Of a DNA stretch of 64,000 nucleotides, positions 51,968-63,687 are shown one piece after another (position 1 is the first letter of the stretch; each line of letters begins with the position of its first letter). A model generated the notes under the pieces. That model worked only from the letters and a program-made list of their open reading frames with translations, did no database searches and was not told the DNA's origin. Source of the stretch: Chara braunii (Eukaryota > Plantae > Charophyceae). The translations under genes and the position numbers were made by a program. Location: assembly GCA_003427395.1 (NCBI GenBank), contig BFEA01000018.1, positions 2,741,666 through 2,805,665 of the forward strand, written 5' to 3'.

Positions 51968-53198
51968 CGGATCCTGGAGTTTGCCTAAAACTGTTCTCCT
52001 TATAAGAAGTGGGATCTGGCCCTAAGCAAAAAAGTTCCATGTACGTTTATTCGAGCATCCCACCTACGTGGGTTGGCCTTACAGACAGCTCCCCTATTCC
52101 CCCCTTCCACCATGAAAAAAGCAAGTCGAAAAAACACACAAAGAGGGAGGCTGCTATGCCCTTGTATTCAAACAACGACCCCCGATAGTCCACCTCAAAT
52201 TCAAACGTATCCTATTTTATTCACCTCGTTGCATCCGGATTTAACTCAAACCAGGCCAGCGCAACTCTTCTCTCTGGGCATGCGAGCATGCACTGGATGG
52301 TAATCGGGTGTTGACATGCAGACTTGAGATCGAATCACTTGTTGATAGGTAGTCTCGAGCTTGAGTCCAAATGGCGATACGGTTGGGTGCAACAACATGA
52401 CTACATATTGGTGCAACAACAAGACTGCTTGTTGGTGCAACAAGAGGACTACCTGTTGGTGCAACAATAGGTAGTCCCGAGCTTAAGTCCAAATGGCGAT
52501 ACGGTTGGGTGCAACAACAGGAAATTTTATAGGTCCTGGAATACTAACGACGTATTATGGTTGCGCCAACATTTAAAATTCTATTACAACGTATGGTGGG
52601 ATCCTTTATTTTGCCTAAAAGTGCCATCCTTATAAGAAGTGGGATCTGCCCCCAAGCAAAACAGTCTCATGTGCATTTATTCGAACATCTCACCTACGTG
52701 CATTGGCCTTACAAACAGATCCCCTGTTTCCCCCCTTCCACCACAAAAAAAAAAAGTCTAAAAAACACAAAAAAAGGGGGTTGCTATGTCCTTGTATTCA
52801 AATAACGACCCCCGATAGTCCACCTAAATTCAAACGTATTTTATTTTGTTCACCTCATTGCATCTGGATTTGAACTCAAGCCAGACCAGCGCAATTGTTC
52901 TCTCTGGCATGCGAGTATGCACTGAATGGTAATCGAGTGTTGACAAGCAGTCGTGAGCTCGAATCACCTGTTGATAGGTAGTCCTGAGCTTGAGTCCAAA
53001 TGGTGATACGGCAACAACAGGACTACCTGTTGGCGCAACAACACGACTACCTGTTGGTGCAACAACAAGCAGTCTTGAGCTTGAGTCCAAATGGCGATAC
53101 ACGGCTGAGTGCAACAACAAGTAGTCTTGAGCTTGAGTCCAAATAGGAATACTAACGACATATTATGGTTGGGCCAACATTTGGAATTATATTACATT
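51968..53198. repeat. Tandem duplication of about 630 bp that includes the Harbinger right TIR and a 21-bp minisatellite
   Basis: Units about 51968-52590 and 52598-53198. Second TIR AGAAGTGGGATCTGCCCC at about 52635-52652. GCAACAACANGACTACCTGTT repeats. Confidence 0.85.
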
Positions 53199-53630
53199 GT
53201 TAATCATTACTAAGAATCTAATTTGCAGTGAAGAGGATCCATGTTCCACAATGTTGTATCATTACACCTAGTTATAACACTCATAATTTGCACCTTAAGA
53301 ATATATAGGTAGTCGGAATGAAATCTAAGTTTTCTACATATCGCATGATTTATGTTTTACACCATGATTTCCAAGACACTACTGTCAGCTTGACTGAAAT
53401 TCCTTAAGGTAAACTAGGATTCTTACATTAACTATAAGAACCATTATTATTTAATTAATTTGTCTCTCTCAACAAATCGTGAGTATGAAATGGTTTAACT
53501 TTAAAAACATGATCATTCTCAATAATATAAGGTTTAAATAAACTCAAATTTAGCTTAGCATAGCTCCTACTAATGACATCGCAACCCTAAACCAGACTAA
53601 CACATGTCACCATGTGAATTGACATCAAAC

Positions 53631-53901
53631 CTAGGCTACCAGAGTGGTCCGGGGTCACTTGCCCGACCGGGCCAAAAAAATAAAAATAATAAAAATAAAA
53701 TATTTTTATTTTTTATATTTTATTTTTAACTCGGTAAAGAATTTCAATGTAACCCTGAGGCAAAAGTTGTTCGATTTAGTTTTTTGCATAACACAATTTG
53801 TTTTTGATTTTTTTGATTTTTTTTTTGGGGGGGGGGGGACCTTCCTTGATCCTTGCGCAGGCTGGCCACCCGGGACCCGGGCTGCCCGACAGGTAGCTTA
53901 G
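53631..53901. mobile_element. hAT-like MITE, family A
   Basis: TIR CTAGGCTACC / GGTAGCTTAG; perfect TSD CATCAAAC. Confidence 0.9.
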
Positions 53902-54655
53902 CATCAAACAAAATTTTTTATAATGCTCACTTGAGTCAAAATAACGACACCAAGAGAGGGTTTTAAAAATAAAAACTTACTTGATTATTTTTTCATAATA
54001 ATATCGCACATATTCCTTAACAAGTTTTACATAAACCAACCTTTTTAGTAATATGCGTACAAAACCTCATACAATAATTACCTTTTTTTAGTACAGTGCA
54101 ACTAATTAAATTTTTATTTTTCAAATCGTTAGTATGATTAAAATATCACCATTTGCCAACCTCGCGCAAATACAAAATTTATTTTTAATAACATTTTTTC
54201 AAGCGATTCCTTATCTGTTAAGGATCATTTGTCATATACCAATAATTTTACCATCAAGTAGCATCAACCATAACGATTACAAGGTTTCAAATACATTTGC
54301 AAAACCTTTTTATGAAAGCATAAAGTTATTGTCAAGACTTATCGTATGTTTACGACAAGACGTCGCTAGTCAATGAAAAACAAACATGAGAATATATTTA
54401 AATCCTTTATTACAAATCCCAAATTTCCTCTCAACATGAAAGCAAGTCAAGTTAGTAATTTTATTTAAGCGACAATCACTTAAAATATTTGTTTTTTTTT
54501 GAAATAATATACATTATGTAACACACTCAAATAACGTTATAGAAATCACTAAACGTAAATGTTTCCATACGCTTAATAAGTACATTAATAGTAAAAACAA
54601 TAAAAAGTTATTCAAATTTTGAATAACGTTAACTAAATTATTATATACTTGAATC

Positions 54656-55688
54656 TAGGGTCACCAGCCCGTACGTACGGAGGTCCCCGGGCAGACCTCC
54701 GTACGTATGGGCGTTCGGGGTCCCGTACGGGGTCCGAACCCGACGGCGTTCGGCCCCCGCCAAAAATTATTTTGAGGATTAAAAATAATCATTTTTCTCT
54801 GAATTGTTTTTGGTGCGTTCTTAATGACGTGAGGTACATGCCTATAAATTTTCATGTCATTTGGCACAGCCAAATGAAAATTAAAAATCTTCAAAGATGG
54901 CGGTGTCAAAACGTGCTCGCCCTGGTTTGTTTTCACTCTTTTCACTTTAGTTCGAGGTCTAAACAATTTTATTATTTTCTGAAACTTTTTTAGTGGGTTT
55001 TACATTATGTGAAGTACACATTTATAAATTTTCAGAGCATTTAGCTATGCCCAAAAAAAATGAAAAATTGCCAAAGATGGTGGTGTCGAAATGATGTTGG
55101 CGCATTCGCTAAATTTAATTTTAATTTTATTATTTTTATTTTTATTATTAATATTTAGCTGGGTAGCACAGCGTACACGTACGCGGGCTCCGCATACGTG
55201 CATACGCGTATGCACGTATGCGCATACGTGTCGCATACGCAAATTTAGGGTCCGCGTACGTGGTTACAGCGGGCTGTTTCCCGGGTTTGTCTGGGCCCAG
55301 TAGGGGTTGGGGGGTGGGCGTTGGGATTGGTTGGTGTGTGTGTGTGTGTATGTGTGTGTGTGTGTGTATGTGTGTGTGTGTGTGNNNNNNNNNNNNNNNN
55401 NNNNNNNNNNNNNNNNNNNNNNNNNNNNNNNNNNNNNNNNNNNNNNNNNNNNNNNNNNNNNNNNNNNNNNNNNNNNNNNNNNNNNNNNNNNNNNNNNNNN
55501 NNNNNNNNNNNNNNNNNNNNNNNNNNNNNNNNNNNNNNNNNNNNNNNNNNNNNNNNNNNNNNNNNNNNNNNNNNNNNNNACAGACAGTACCACAAGAGGG
55601 GTAGGAGGGGTAGGAGGGGTAGGAGGGGTAGGAGGAGTGGAAGGAGGAGGAGGAGGAGACAGACAGACAGACAGACAGACGGGCGGAG

Positions 55689-55736
<48 letters not shown>

Positions 55737-56161
55737 GGAGGGGGAGGACAGACAGACTGATTGACAGACAGACAGACTGACTGACAGACAGACAGACAGA
55801 AAGGAGGGGGAGAACAGATAGACAGAGTACCACGGGAGGAGTAGGAGGAGGAGGAGGGTTAGGAGGATGGGTAGGAGGAGGAGGACGAGATATGTTACCA
55901 AATACTGACTATATATATTATATATACATTATATACATGTGTTAAAAAAAAAAAAAAAAAAAACGCGTACGCATATGCTGGTTTTGGGGCACGTACGCGT
56001 ACGCGCGCATACGTACGCGTATGCACCGCATACGCATACGTGGTGCTACCCAGGTACTTAGTTTTCGTATTTTATTTTTATTTCAAATTTGGTAAGGAAT
56101 TTGGATGTAAAGCTCAGGCAAATTTGTTTAATTTATTTTTCTTCATAACATATCGTTTTTT

Positions 56162-56200
<39 letters not shown>

Positions 56201-56302
56201 GTCCGCGTTCGCCCCGAACGGCCGAATGCATCCCCAAGAGGTCCGATACGTTCGGGCGTTCGGGTTCGGGCGTTCGGCCCATCCCGAACGTCGTTTACCC
56301 TA
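54656..56302. mobile_element. hAT-like MITE, family B, with a nested element
   Basis: TAGGGTCACC..TTTACCCTA; perfect TSD CTTGAATC (54648-54655 and 56303-56310). Confidence 0.9.
55159..56053. mobile_element. Nested MITE, family C
   Basis: TIR CTGGGTAGCAC / GTGCTACCCAG; TSD ATATTTAG / GTACTTAG (6 of 8); subterminal ACGCGT/GCATAC repeats; microsatellite interior. Confidence 0.8.
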
Positions 56303-56839
56303 CTTGAATCAATTTTTATATAAGATATAAACCTTATTCCAAATCAAAGGAAACACATCGATGATGGAAACATGAAATAATCTATAAATGTTAAGGCAAA
56401 TTAGCAAACGAGGTTTGATATGTTAATATAGAGATAAAGATATACCTAAAGTGGCTGGAGGTATGACTATCATTACGATTTAGACTTCTCAAGGTATAAT
56501 AATAAATCGCCAAGTTGCACAACGTGAAATTGAAGGAGAAGTGTTGTCTAATGTATGGTAAAATATAATTTATACGAAACTGATAATTACTATTCATAAA
56601 ATGAATAATATTAGTTTATAATACTTTATATTATTTATAAATAGTTGTGTAGCACACCGAACATGTTTGGGTTTTTTCCGAACGTTTGAATATGTTCTGA
56701 TGTTCGGCAGAACGCGTCCCAAACGTGTTGATCGAAGATCTATTTTTTAATGATTAAAAATTATATATCTTTTTTAAGGCTTTTGATTGAATATAGCTCC
56801 CTAATGAAAGTTTTTTTTATTATTATTTTACATAACTTT

Positions 56840-56886
<47 letters not shown>

Positions 56887-56889
<3 letters not shown>

Positions 56890-56970
56890 TCACAAATAGA
56901 ACTGCCCGGTAAACCGTAGGCAGAGAGAGAGAAGAAGACAACAAACGAGGGGCTGTGACAAACTGTTTCG

Positions 56971-56971
<1 letters not shown>
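56887..56971 (-). mobile_element. Hammerhead-bearing repeat, copy 3 (5'-truncated, inside (TA)n)
   Basis: Matches 63489-63573, stops at stem II, and has (TA)n on both sides. Confidence 0.85.
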
Positions 56972-57003
<32 letters not shown>

Positions 57004-57129
57004 GTTTGCGTCTAGAGGGTTTTAGCGCTCGCTTGCATTCGATCGCGAATGTTTGAGTTCGGTCACCAAGCGCAAATACGTTGCTACACAGATAAATAAT
57101 AATATATCTGATCCCTTTTAAATACGAAA

Positions 57130-57500
57130 GTGCAATGAGACCCAACTCTGCCATCATGTGTCCCAAAGTTGTAACATCCGGCCCACTACGCACTGGAGTA
57201 TTCTGGGCGTTTTGGGTGGGGAATCTCCTATCGATCATCGGATCCGGTGTTGTGTTGAAGTCCCCACCATTACGATAGGAGCATCTCGAGGGAGTTGTTG
57301 TTGGAAAGTTGTGAAGAATGCAACCCTATGCCCAAGGTTGTTGGGCGCATATATGCAGACCACATTTAACATTTCGGTTCCCAGTGTGGTTTTAAGCCAC
57401 ACACATCTGCCTTCTTCTATGTCCCACTCCAAATGTTATGGGACAAGCTTAGATGTGGGATCGAGCCAAAGGGTCACACCTGTTGATGTGGCCGCGTTTG
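57130..57500 (-). pseudogene. LINE apurinic-like endonuclease fragment
   Basis: GRCVWL..NVVCIYAPN..RVAFF..PIVMVGDFN, with a frameshift at GDFN. Confidence 0.8.
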
Positions 57501-57771
57501 TCGGGGCCACAAAGGAGATGTACGACTAGACTTGGCTGGCCTTGGCCTTGTGGGTGGGGTTTCAGTAAGATAGGTCTTTTGAACTGTTATCTCGTCAAAT
57601 TGCTTTTCCTTTTCGTTCATCGGTCTGGGTCAGGCCATTTACATTAATTGCTCGAATGTCCAGATCTGCAGTTTCTTTGAAAATATTGTTGAATAAATAC
57701 TCGGTGTATTCATTCAATTATTATCTATCCTCTATATTAGTTTAACAAATTTGATTTTATTCTCAATTTAC

Positions 57772-58063
57772 CTAGGCTACCAGTGAGGCTGCTCGGGTCA
57801 CCATGTTCTCCCCGGCGACCCAACCGTGCAAGGACAAGGGAAGGTCCTAGTAAACGAAAAAAAAACAAACCTCTAAAAAATCCGGAAAAGAACTATGTTA
57901 TGCAGAAAAAATAAACTGAACAACATTTGCCTCAAGGTTACTCAAAACTATTTACCAAATTTAAAATTAAAATTAATTATTATTTTTATTTTTTACTGTT
58001 TTATCTTTTTATTTGTTTTTGGCTCAGTCGGGCAAGTGGTCCTGAGCCACTCTGGTAGCTTCG
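57772..58063. mobile_element. hAT-like MITE, family A, opposite orientation
   Basis: CTAGGCTACC..GGTAGCTTCG; TSD CAATTTAC / AAATTTAC (7 of 8). Confidence 0.8.
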
Positions 58064-60642
58064 AAATTTACATAATATATATATGAATTCATGTAATAGA
58101 ACCGATTAAGGTAGTTTCTTACGACTAGTTTTTTAATATATACATATATTTAAATATTCTTTGATAAACCATTAGTGAACCTAAGATTTTTAAGCCAAAC
58201 TTTAAAATATCATTTTTCGAAGAAAATCGAAAGAATTATAATTCGATAGTTTTTTTTTTCATGTCATATGCGACACTACTTATATTTATTTCAACTCTTT
58301 GCACCAGTAGAGATCCGAAAATGAGTATACTACCAAAAATGTATTATAATCACCGTATTTGTTTATTTTGTTTTTGACATTCAAAAGTTGATGCCATAAG
58401 TTTTTCAATAAAATCGTTTGTGGTCGTTGTTTGTCGTGCATTTATATATAATGCTACCAAGAGGAAGATTACCTCAAAATCTCATCCGTACCAAATTTAC
58501 AGGAACTTTTCAAATCAAGAACTATGTATCATCCCAACAATTATGTCAGTAGGAAGATTACCGAATTTATAGGAAACTCTTCAAATGAAGAACTGTGTAT
58601 CATCCAAACAACTATGTATTTGTGCCATAATTTTTTAACTGAATCATATGTGTTCGTTATTTGTCGTACCCTTATATATAATGCTACCGAGATGAAGTTA
58701 CTTCAAAGTCTCATCTGTACGAAATTTATAGGAATGAAGAACTATGTATCATTCATACAATCGTCTTTCCAATGCCGGTATTTTTCACGAGTATGGTTGT
58801 TTTGAGGTATAATGACTTATTGTTTTGGTTGTCACTCACCTCATAGTTCTACTATAGTTCTAAGTGAGATGTATCATTTTTGTATCAACTAATAAACGTG
58901 ATGATAAATCATAGAAAATATCAGTAACTAACCCCTCACCTCCTTAACATTTTGTCCCACATTTTTTTTAATAATTTAAAATGTTTAAAATTAATTTAAA
59001 AATTTATTATCAGCTTTTGTACGAATAGACATTAAATATAGCATCTCGTTTTTCAATGATCATATAGAGCACCGTCCATTCATTTGATTAAGTTGGTGCA
59101 TGCATCGATTTTAAATGTCTTATGGTATTACGAGCATACTAAGATGCATTGTTACTCTTAAATGTTTTAAATAACATGGAAAACGTTGCGTTTGACAATT
59201 ATGTGTTTCAGACCGAAGGATTCATCTAACTATTTTCTCACCTAGTAACTCACTTTCCTATCTTGTACTCACCATCTCTACACATTGTCATTTTTTCGTG
59301 TTTTGTCCCTCCTCCATTTCTTAGTCTGCATTTGTTTTTTTTTTAATCTTGAGCGAAATTTGTACATGTGACTCTTACCGCCGTTGACACCTCAAAGGAG
59401 CATCAGCGGTTCATTACGATTGGTTGTTACCAAAGGTGGGTTTTTTGTTTTTTCCTCACATATGAGCCAGCCTGCCTTTTTTTCTGCCTTTGTTTTTTTG
59501 TACTACCCACCCAAACCAATAATTTTAAATTCCCAGTCCACCTCAAAACAACCCACCCACTCAAAATATTTCTTTTAATTTTAGCCCCGTTGTCGGCATT
59601 AATACCCATACAAGGGTATTTGTCCCTGTTTTTTGTAGGTCACATAGTTTATGCATGTAGCGACAAATGAGACAATGGTGCGCCCATTTTCGGTAAAATC
59701 GCACGCGGTTTTCAGGGGTTGGAATGAGACAGGTGTTTTAGGTTGGGTCTGAAAGTATTTTGGCATGCACTTTGAGGTGCGTGTTGTTTATTCAGGTGTC
59801 AGGCGGTTCTGTGAACCGGCGTGTGATCTGTGACCTGACAAGGAAGTGAGACTTAGAGAGAGATTAAAATTTTGATTAGTAGTATGGCCTCATGCACTGC
59901 ATGCACATGTGCAAAGGCCGGTATTGTCATGGTCGACCTTATGGTTGACTATTGGTATCGTGGTTCTAGATGATCGTAATTGGTTTGCTTGAGGCGGCGT
60001 TTGAAGTTGTGTAGCGCGGAGTGCATGAGGCACCTTAGTTGTTTTGTTTTTGTGTGTCAGTGGGAGCCCCTATGATCTCGGCAAGGCGTACATGAATGAA
60101 GTTTAACCTAGGTAGAGGTTGGGGTTTGTACCCACCAAAGTAGTAAAAGTTTGACCTTAGAAAGGTGAACGCTTACTGGGCCCAAAATGAGCGGCGACGC
60201 GGTTCGGGTGTAGTAGGTGGCATGCGTAGCAGCCATAAACGGTCCCTCCCCCTCTCCTCTACTGTTCTAATTTTCTTTTCTTATTTTTATCTATTATTTG
60301 ATTATCGTTATAAAATCTCATTTTGGAACCTGGCCCCAGTACTGGTTCCAAGACCAATAATAGTACCCAAGAGCCAGCTAGGTGGGTACACCAATGAACT
60401 ATTGAAATACGAATCTGTGTTCGAATCCGGATGCAAGCAAATCAACGCGATAGTTGTTGACTTGCGTAATGTTGATTGCGCCCTGAGTAGGGAGTGAACC
60501 CGATGCCTAGAGGTGGGTGAGTTCAATGTAGTAAATGCGATTTGATATATAGTAGATAGGAAAAAACCCGGCCCGAATCTTGTCTTCAATGACAACGTGT
60601 TTAATGTAGTGGAAAGAAAGGTATAAGGGGCGTCTTTGCTTT

Positions 60643-60727
60643 GGATGAATGTCTGAGTGGTTGAAGATATCAGTCTTGAAAACTGATATATTAAATAATA
60701 TCGGGGGTTTAAATCCCTCTCCATCCA
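60643..60727 (+). tRNA. trnS: tRNA-Ser(UGA) pseudogene of mitochondrial type (NUMT)
   Basis: GGATGAATGTCTGAGTGGTTGAAG..TCAGT CTTGAAA ACTGA..long variable arm..GGGGGTTTAAATCCCTCTCCATCCA closely resembles land-plant mitochondrial trnS-UGA as recalled. The T-loop is damaged. Confidence 0.8.
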
Positions 60728-61166
60728 TTCATGTATGTTAATTTACGGATAATGAATTTGTTAGTTCTTTATAATGCTCGAAGAGTTCTTCATAACGCTC
60801 AAAGGTTCCTATCACAATAACTTCAACCTAGGGGCCTCCACTTTGTGCTTGGGATTCCATTTCTTAGAACATAGCGTTCTCCACCTTGGCAAAGGCTTCA
60901 TTGGATCACAATTGTTTTTACAAAATATAAAAAGATATTTTTTTTATAGTTTACCAATTTTATTGTTATGTAATTTAATGTAAGGTTTTTTCTATAAATA
61001 TTTATAAATTATAGTTTCAGGTATTGGTTTAGCATTACTTAGCTTGTACATTTTTTATTAGTTGTGAAAATTGTCAAATTAATCAGCGTTGCCAGCATTC
61101 GGGACGGGCCGAAAGCCGAACGAGAACACCCGAACGTTCATGACTCCCTCCTTCGGTCGAACGTGG

Positions 61167-61200
<34 letters not shown>

Positions 61201-61203
<3 letters not shown>

Positions 61204-61932
61204 TGTTGCCGGCGTTCGGGACGGGCCGAACGCCCGAACCCGAACGCCCAAACGTACGGGACCCCTTCGGAAGGCGTTCCGCCGTTCGAGCCGAACGCGG
61301 ACAAAAAAAAAAAAAACAAAAAAAAAACAAGGTTTTCAAAAAATTCCGAAAACAACATATGTTATGGAGAAACATAAACTAAACAACATTTGCCTGGGCA
61401 CTACATTCAAATGCTTTACCAAATTTGAATTAAAAATCAAATACATAAAATAAACACTATGATAAAAATAAGAAAAAATAAAAAGATAATTAAAATGAGT
61501 GAGTGTGCCAGCACCTTTTCGACACTGCCATCTTCGCCGATTTTTAATTATTATTTGGCATTGACAAATGCCCTGAAAATGTAAAGATATGTAGTTTACA
61601 CAATCAATAACTCATGAAAAAATTTTCAAAAAATAATAATTTTTTTTAGGCCCTGAAATAAAGTGAAAACAAAAAGTTAAAAGTAAAAATAAAACAAAAT
61701 AGTGAGTGGGAAAGCCATTTTGACACCCCCATCTTTGACGATTTTTAATATTTTTTTGACTTAGCTGAATGACTTCAAAATTTATAAGTGTGTAGGGTAT
61801 ATCATAGAGAACTCACAAAAAAACATTCAGAAACAAAAACGTATTTTTAGGCCCCAAAACTTTCTTTGGCGGGGGCCAAACCTGGAGGTGTTCGGCCCCC
61901 GAACGGGACCCCGAACGCCAGAACGTTCGGGG

Positions 61933-61933
<1 letters not shown>
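61201..61933. mobile_element. MITE related to family B (CAGTGTTGCC start), between (TA)n tracts; partial copy at 61084-61168
   Basis: CCGAAC subterminal repeats and an internal AT-rich region homologous to 30728-31371. Confidence 0.75.
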
Positions 61934-61965
<32 letters not shown>

Positions 61966-61968
<3 letters not shown>

Positions 61969-62727
61969 GGTCACCAGCCCGTATGTACGGAGGTCCCCGG
62001 GCAGACCTCCGTACGTACGGGCGTTCGGGGTCCCGTACGGGGTCCGAACCGGACAGCGTTCTGCCCCCGCCAAAAATTATTTCGGGGCCCAAATATAATT
62101 ATTGTTTTCTGAATTTTTGTTTGTGAGTTCTCTATGACATGAGGTACATGCAGGTAAATTTTAAAATCATTTGTCCAAGCCAAATAAGAATTAAAAATCG
62201 CCACAGATGGCTCAAAATGTGCTCGCCCACGTATTTTTTTACTTTTTACTTTTTGTTTTCACTTTAGTTAGGGGTCTAAACAATTTTATTATTTTTTGAA
62301 ACTGTTTTAGTGGGTTTTGTATTATGTGAAGTACACGTCTGTAAATTTTCAGGGGATTTAGCTCTGCCAAAAAAAAAAAGAAAAATCGCCAAAGATGGCG
62401 GTATCGAAAACATGCTTGCGCACTCACTAAATTTAATTCTCTTTTTATATTTTTTTTATTTTTATTATTAGTATTTGTTTTCCATATTTTATTTTTATTT
62501 CAAATTTTGTAAGGAATTCGGATGTAATGCTCAGGCAAATCTTGTTAAATTTACGTTTCTTCATAACATATTTTATTTTCAGATTGTTTTGATGAGTTCT
62601 TTTTTTTTTTTTTTTTTTTTTTTGGGTCCGCGTTCGGCCCGAACGGCCGAATGCATTCCCAACGGGTCCCATACGTTCGGGCGTTCCGGTTCAGGCGTTC
62701 GGCCCGTCCTGAACGCCGGTTACCCTG
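61966..62727. mobile_element. hAT-like MITE, family B, intact
   Basis: TIR CAGGGTCACC / GGTTACCCTG, flanked by (TA)n. Confidence 0.9.
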
Positions 62728-62743
62728 TATATATATACATATA

Positions 62744-63480
62744 CAGGGTCACCAGCCCGTACGTACAGAGGTCTTCGGGCCAACCTCCATACGTACGGGC
62801 GTTCAGGGTCCCGTTCGGGTTCCGAACCCGACGATGTTCGGCCTCCGCCAAAAATTATTTTGGGACCGAAAACTAAGATTTTTTTTCTGAATTTTTTTTT
62901 TGACTTCTCTAAAATGTGAGGTTCATGCCTATAAATTTTGAAGTTATTTTGCTAAGCCAAACAAAAATTAAACATCGTCAAAGATGTCGATGTCAGAACG
63001 TGCTCACGCACTCACTATTTTAGTATTTTGTTTTTTTTTACTTTTTACTTTTTGTTTTTACTTTATTGCAGGGCCTAAAAAACTTATTATTTTTTCAAAC
63101 TTTTTTAATGACTTTTTAATTATGTGAAATACACATGCACATAGCATTTGGATGTGCAAAAAAAATTTGAAAAATCGTCAAAGATGGTGGTGTCGAAAAC
63201 GTGCTCACTCACTCACTAATTTTATTTCTCATTTTATTTTTTTAATTTTTCCCTTATTTTCATTACGTTTTATTTTCTGTATTTCTTTTGTCAAATTTGG
63301 TAAGGAATTTGGATGTAATGATCTTACAAATGTTTTTTTTCTTTTATTTTTTCGTAACATATATCATTTTCAGATTTTTTTTTTTTTTTTTGGTCCGTGT
63401 TTGGCCTTAATAACCGAACTCATCCCCAAGGGGTCCTGTACGTTCGGGGGTTCGGTCCGTCTCGAACACCAGTTACCCTA
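62744..63480. mobile_element. hAT-like MITE, family B, tandem neighbour
   Basis: CAGGGTCACC..AGTTACCCTA, flanked by (TA)n. Confidence 0.85.
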
Positions 63481-63488
63481 TATATATA

Positions 63489-63680
63489 TCGTCATAAACA
63501 GAACTGCCCGGTAAACCGTAGGCAGAGAGAGAGAAGAGGACAACAAACGAGGGGCTGCGACAAACTCTTTCGTCGGAGTTTCACCGACTCATCAGGAGGC
63601 TGAACCCTCAACAGTCTGCAGAATCCCCTCACTGATTACACTGTAAATGATAATCTACCTTAACCAAAATCAAAGTAGAC
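63489..63680 (-). mobile_element. Hammerhead-bearing repeat, copy 4 (Penelope-like terminus or retrozyme-like)
   Basis: 3' end GACGA abuts (TA)n; 3' hairpin CTGCC..GGCAG; colinear with 14976-15160. Confidence 0.8.
63560..63619 (-). ncRNA. Type III hammerhead ribozyme
   Basis: Minus strand: GCAGACUG-U-U | GAGG(GUUCAG)CCUC CUGAUGA GUCGG(UGAAACU)CCGAC GAAA GAGUUUGU. Core boxes are intact and all three stems pair, with one G:G mismatch at 15.2:16.2. Confidence 0.85.
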
Positions 63681-63687
63681 TATCACN

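Larger units (their letters stand above)
44994..52022. mobile_element. PIF/Harbinger DNA transposon with complete termini
   Basis: TAA|GGGGCAGATCCCACTTCT..AGAAGTGGGATCTGGCCC|TAA (17 of 18 TIR match, 3-bp TAA TSD). Convergent DDE and Myb-like genes inside. Confidence 0.92.

Noticed and set aside
53881-53895. 14 of 15 match between the MITE A end and the 34.2 kb insertion (GCWGCCCGACAGGTA)
   Set aside because: Short, with no flanking similarity, so probably chance.
63545-63600. Type I hammerhead fold using the downstream GUC
   Set aside because: Proximal stem I does not pair, whereas the type III fold pairs all three stems.
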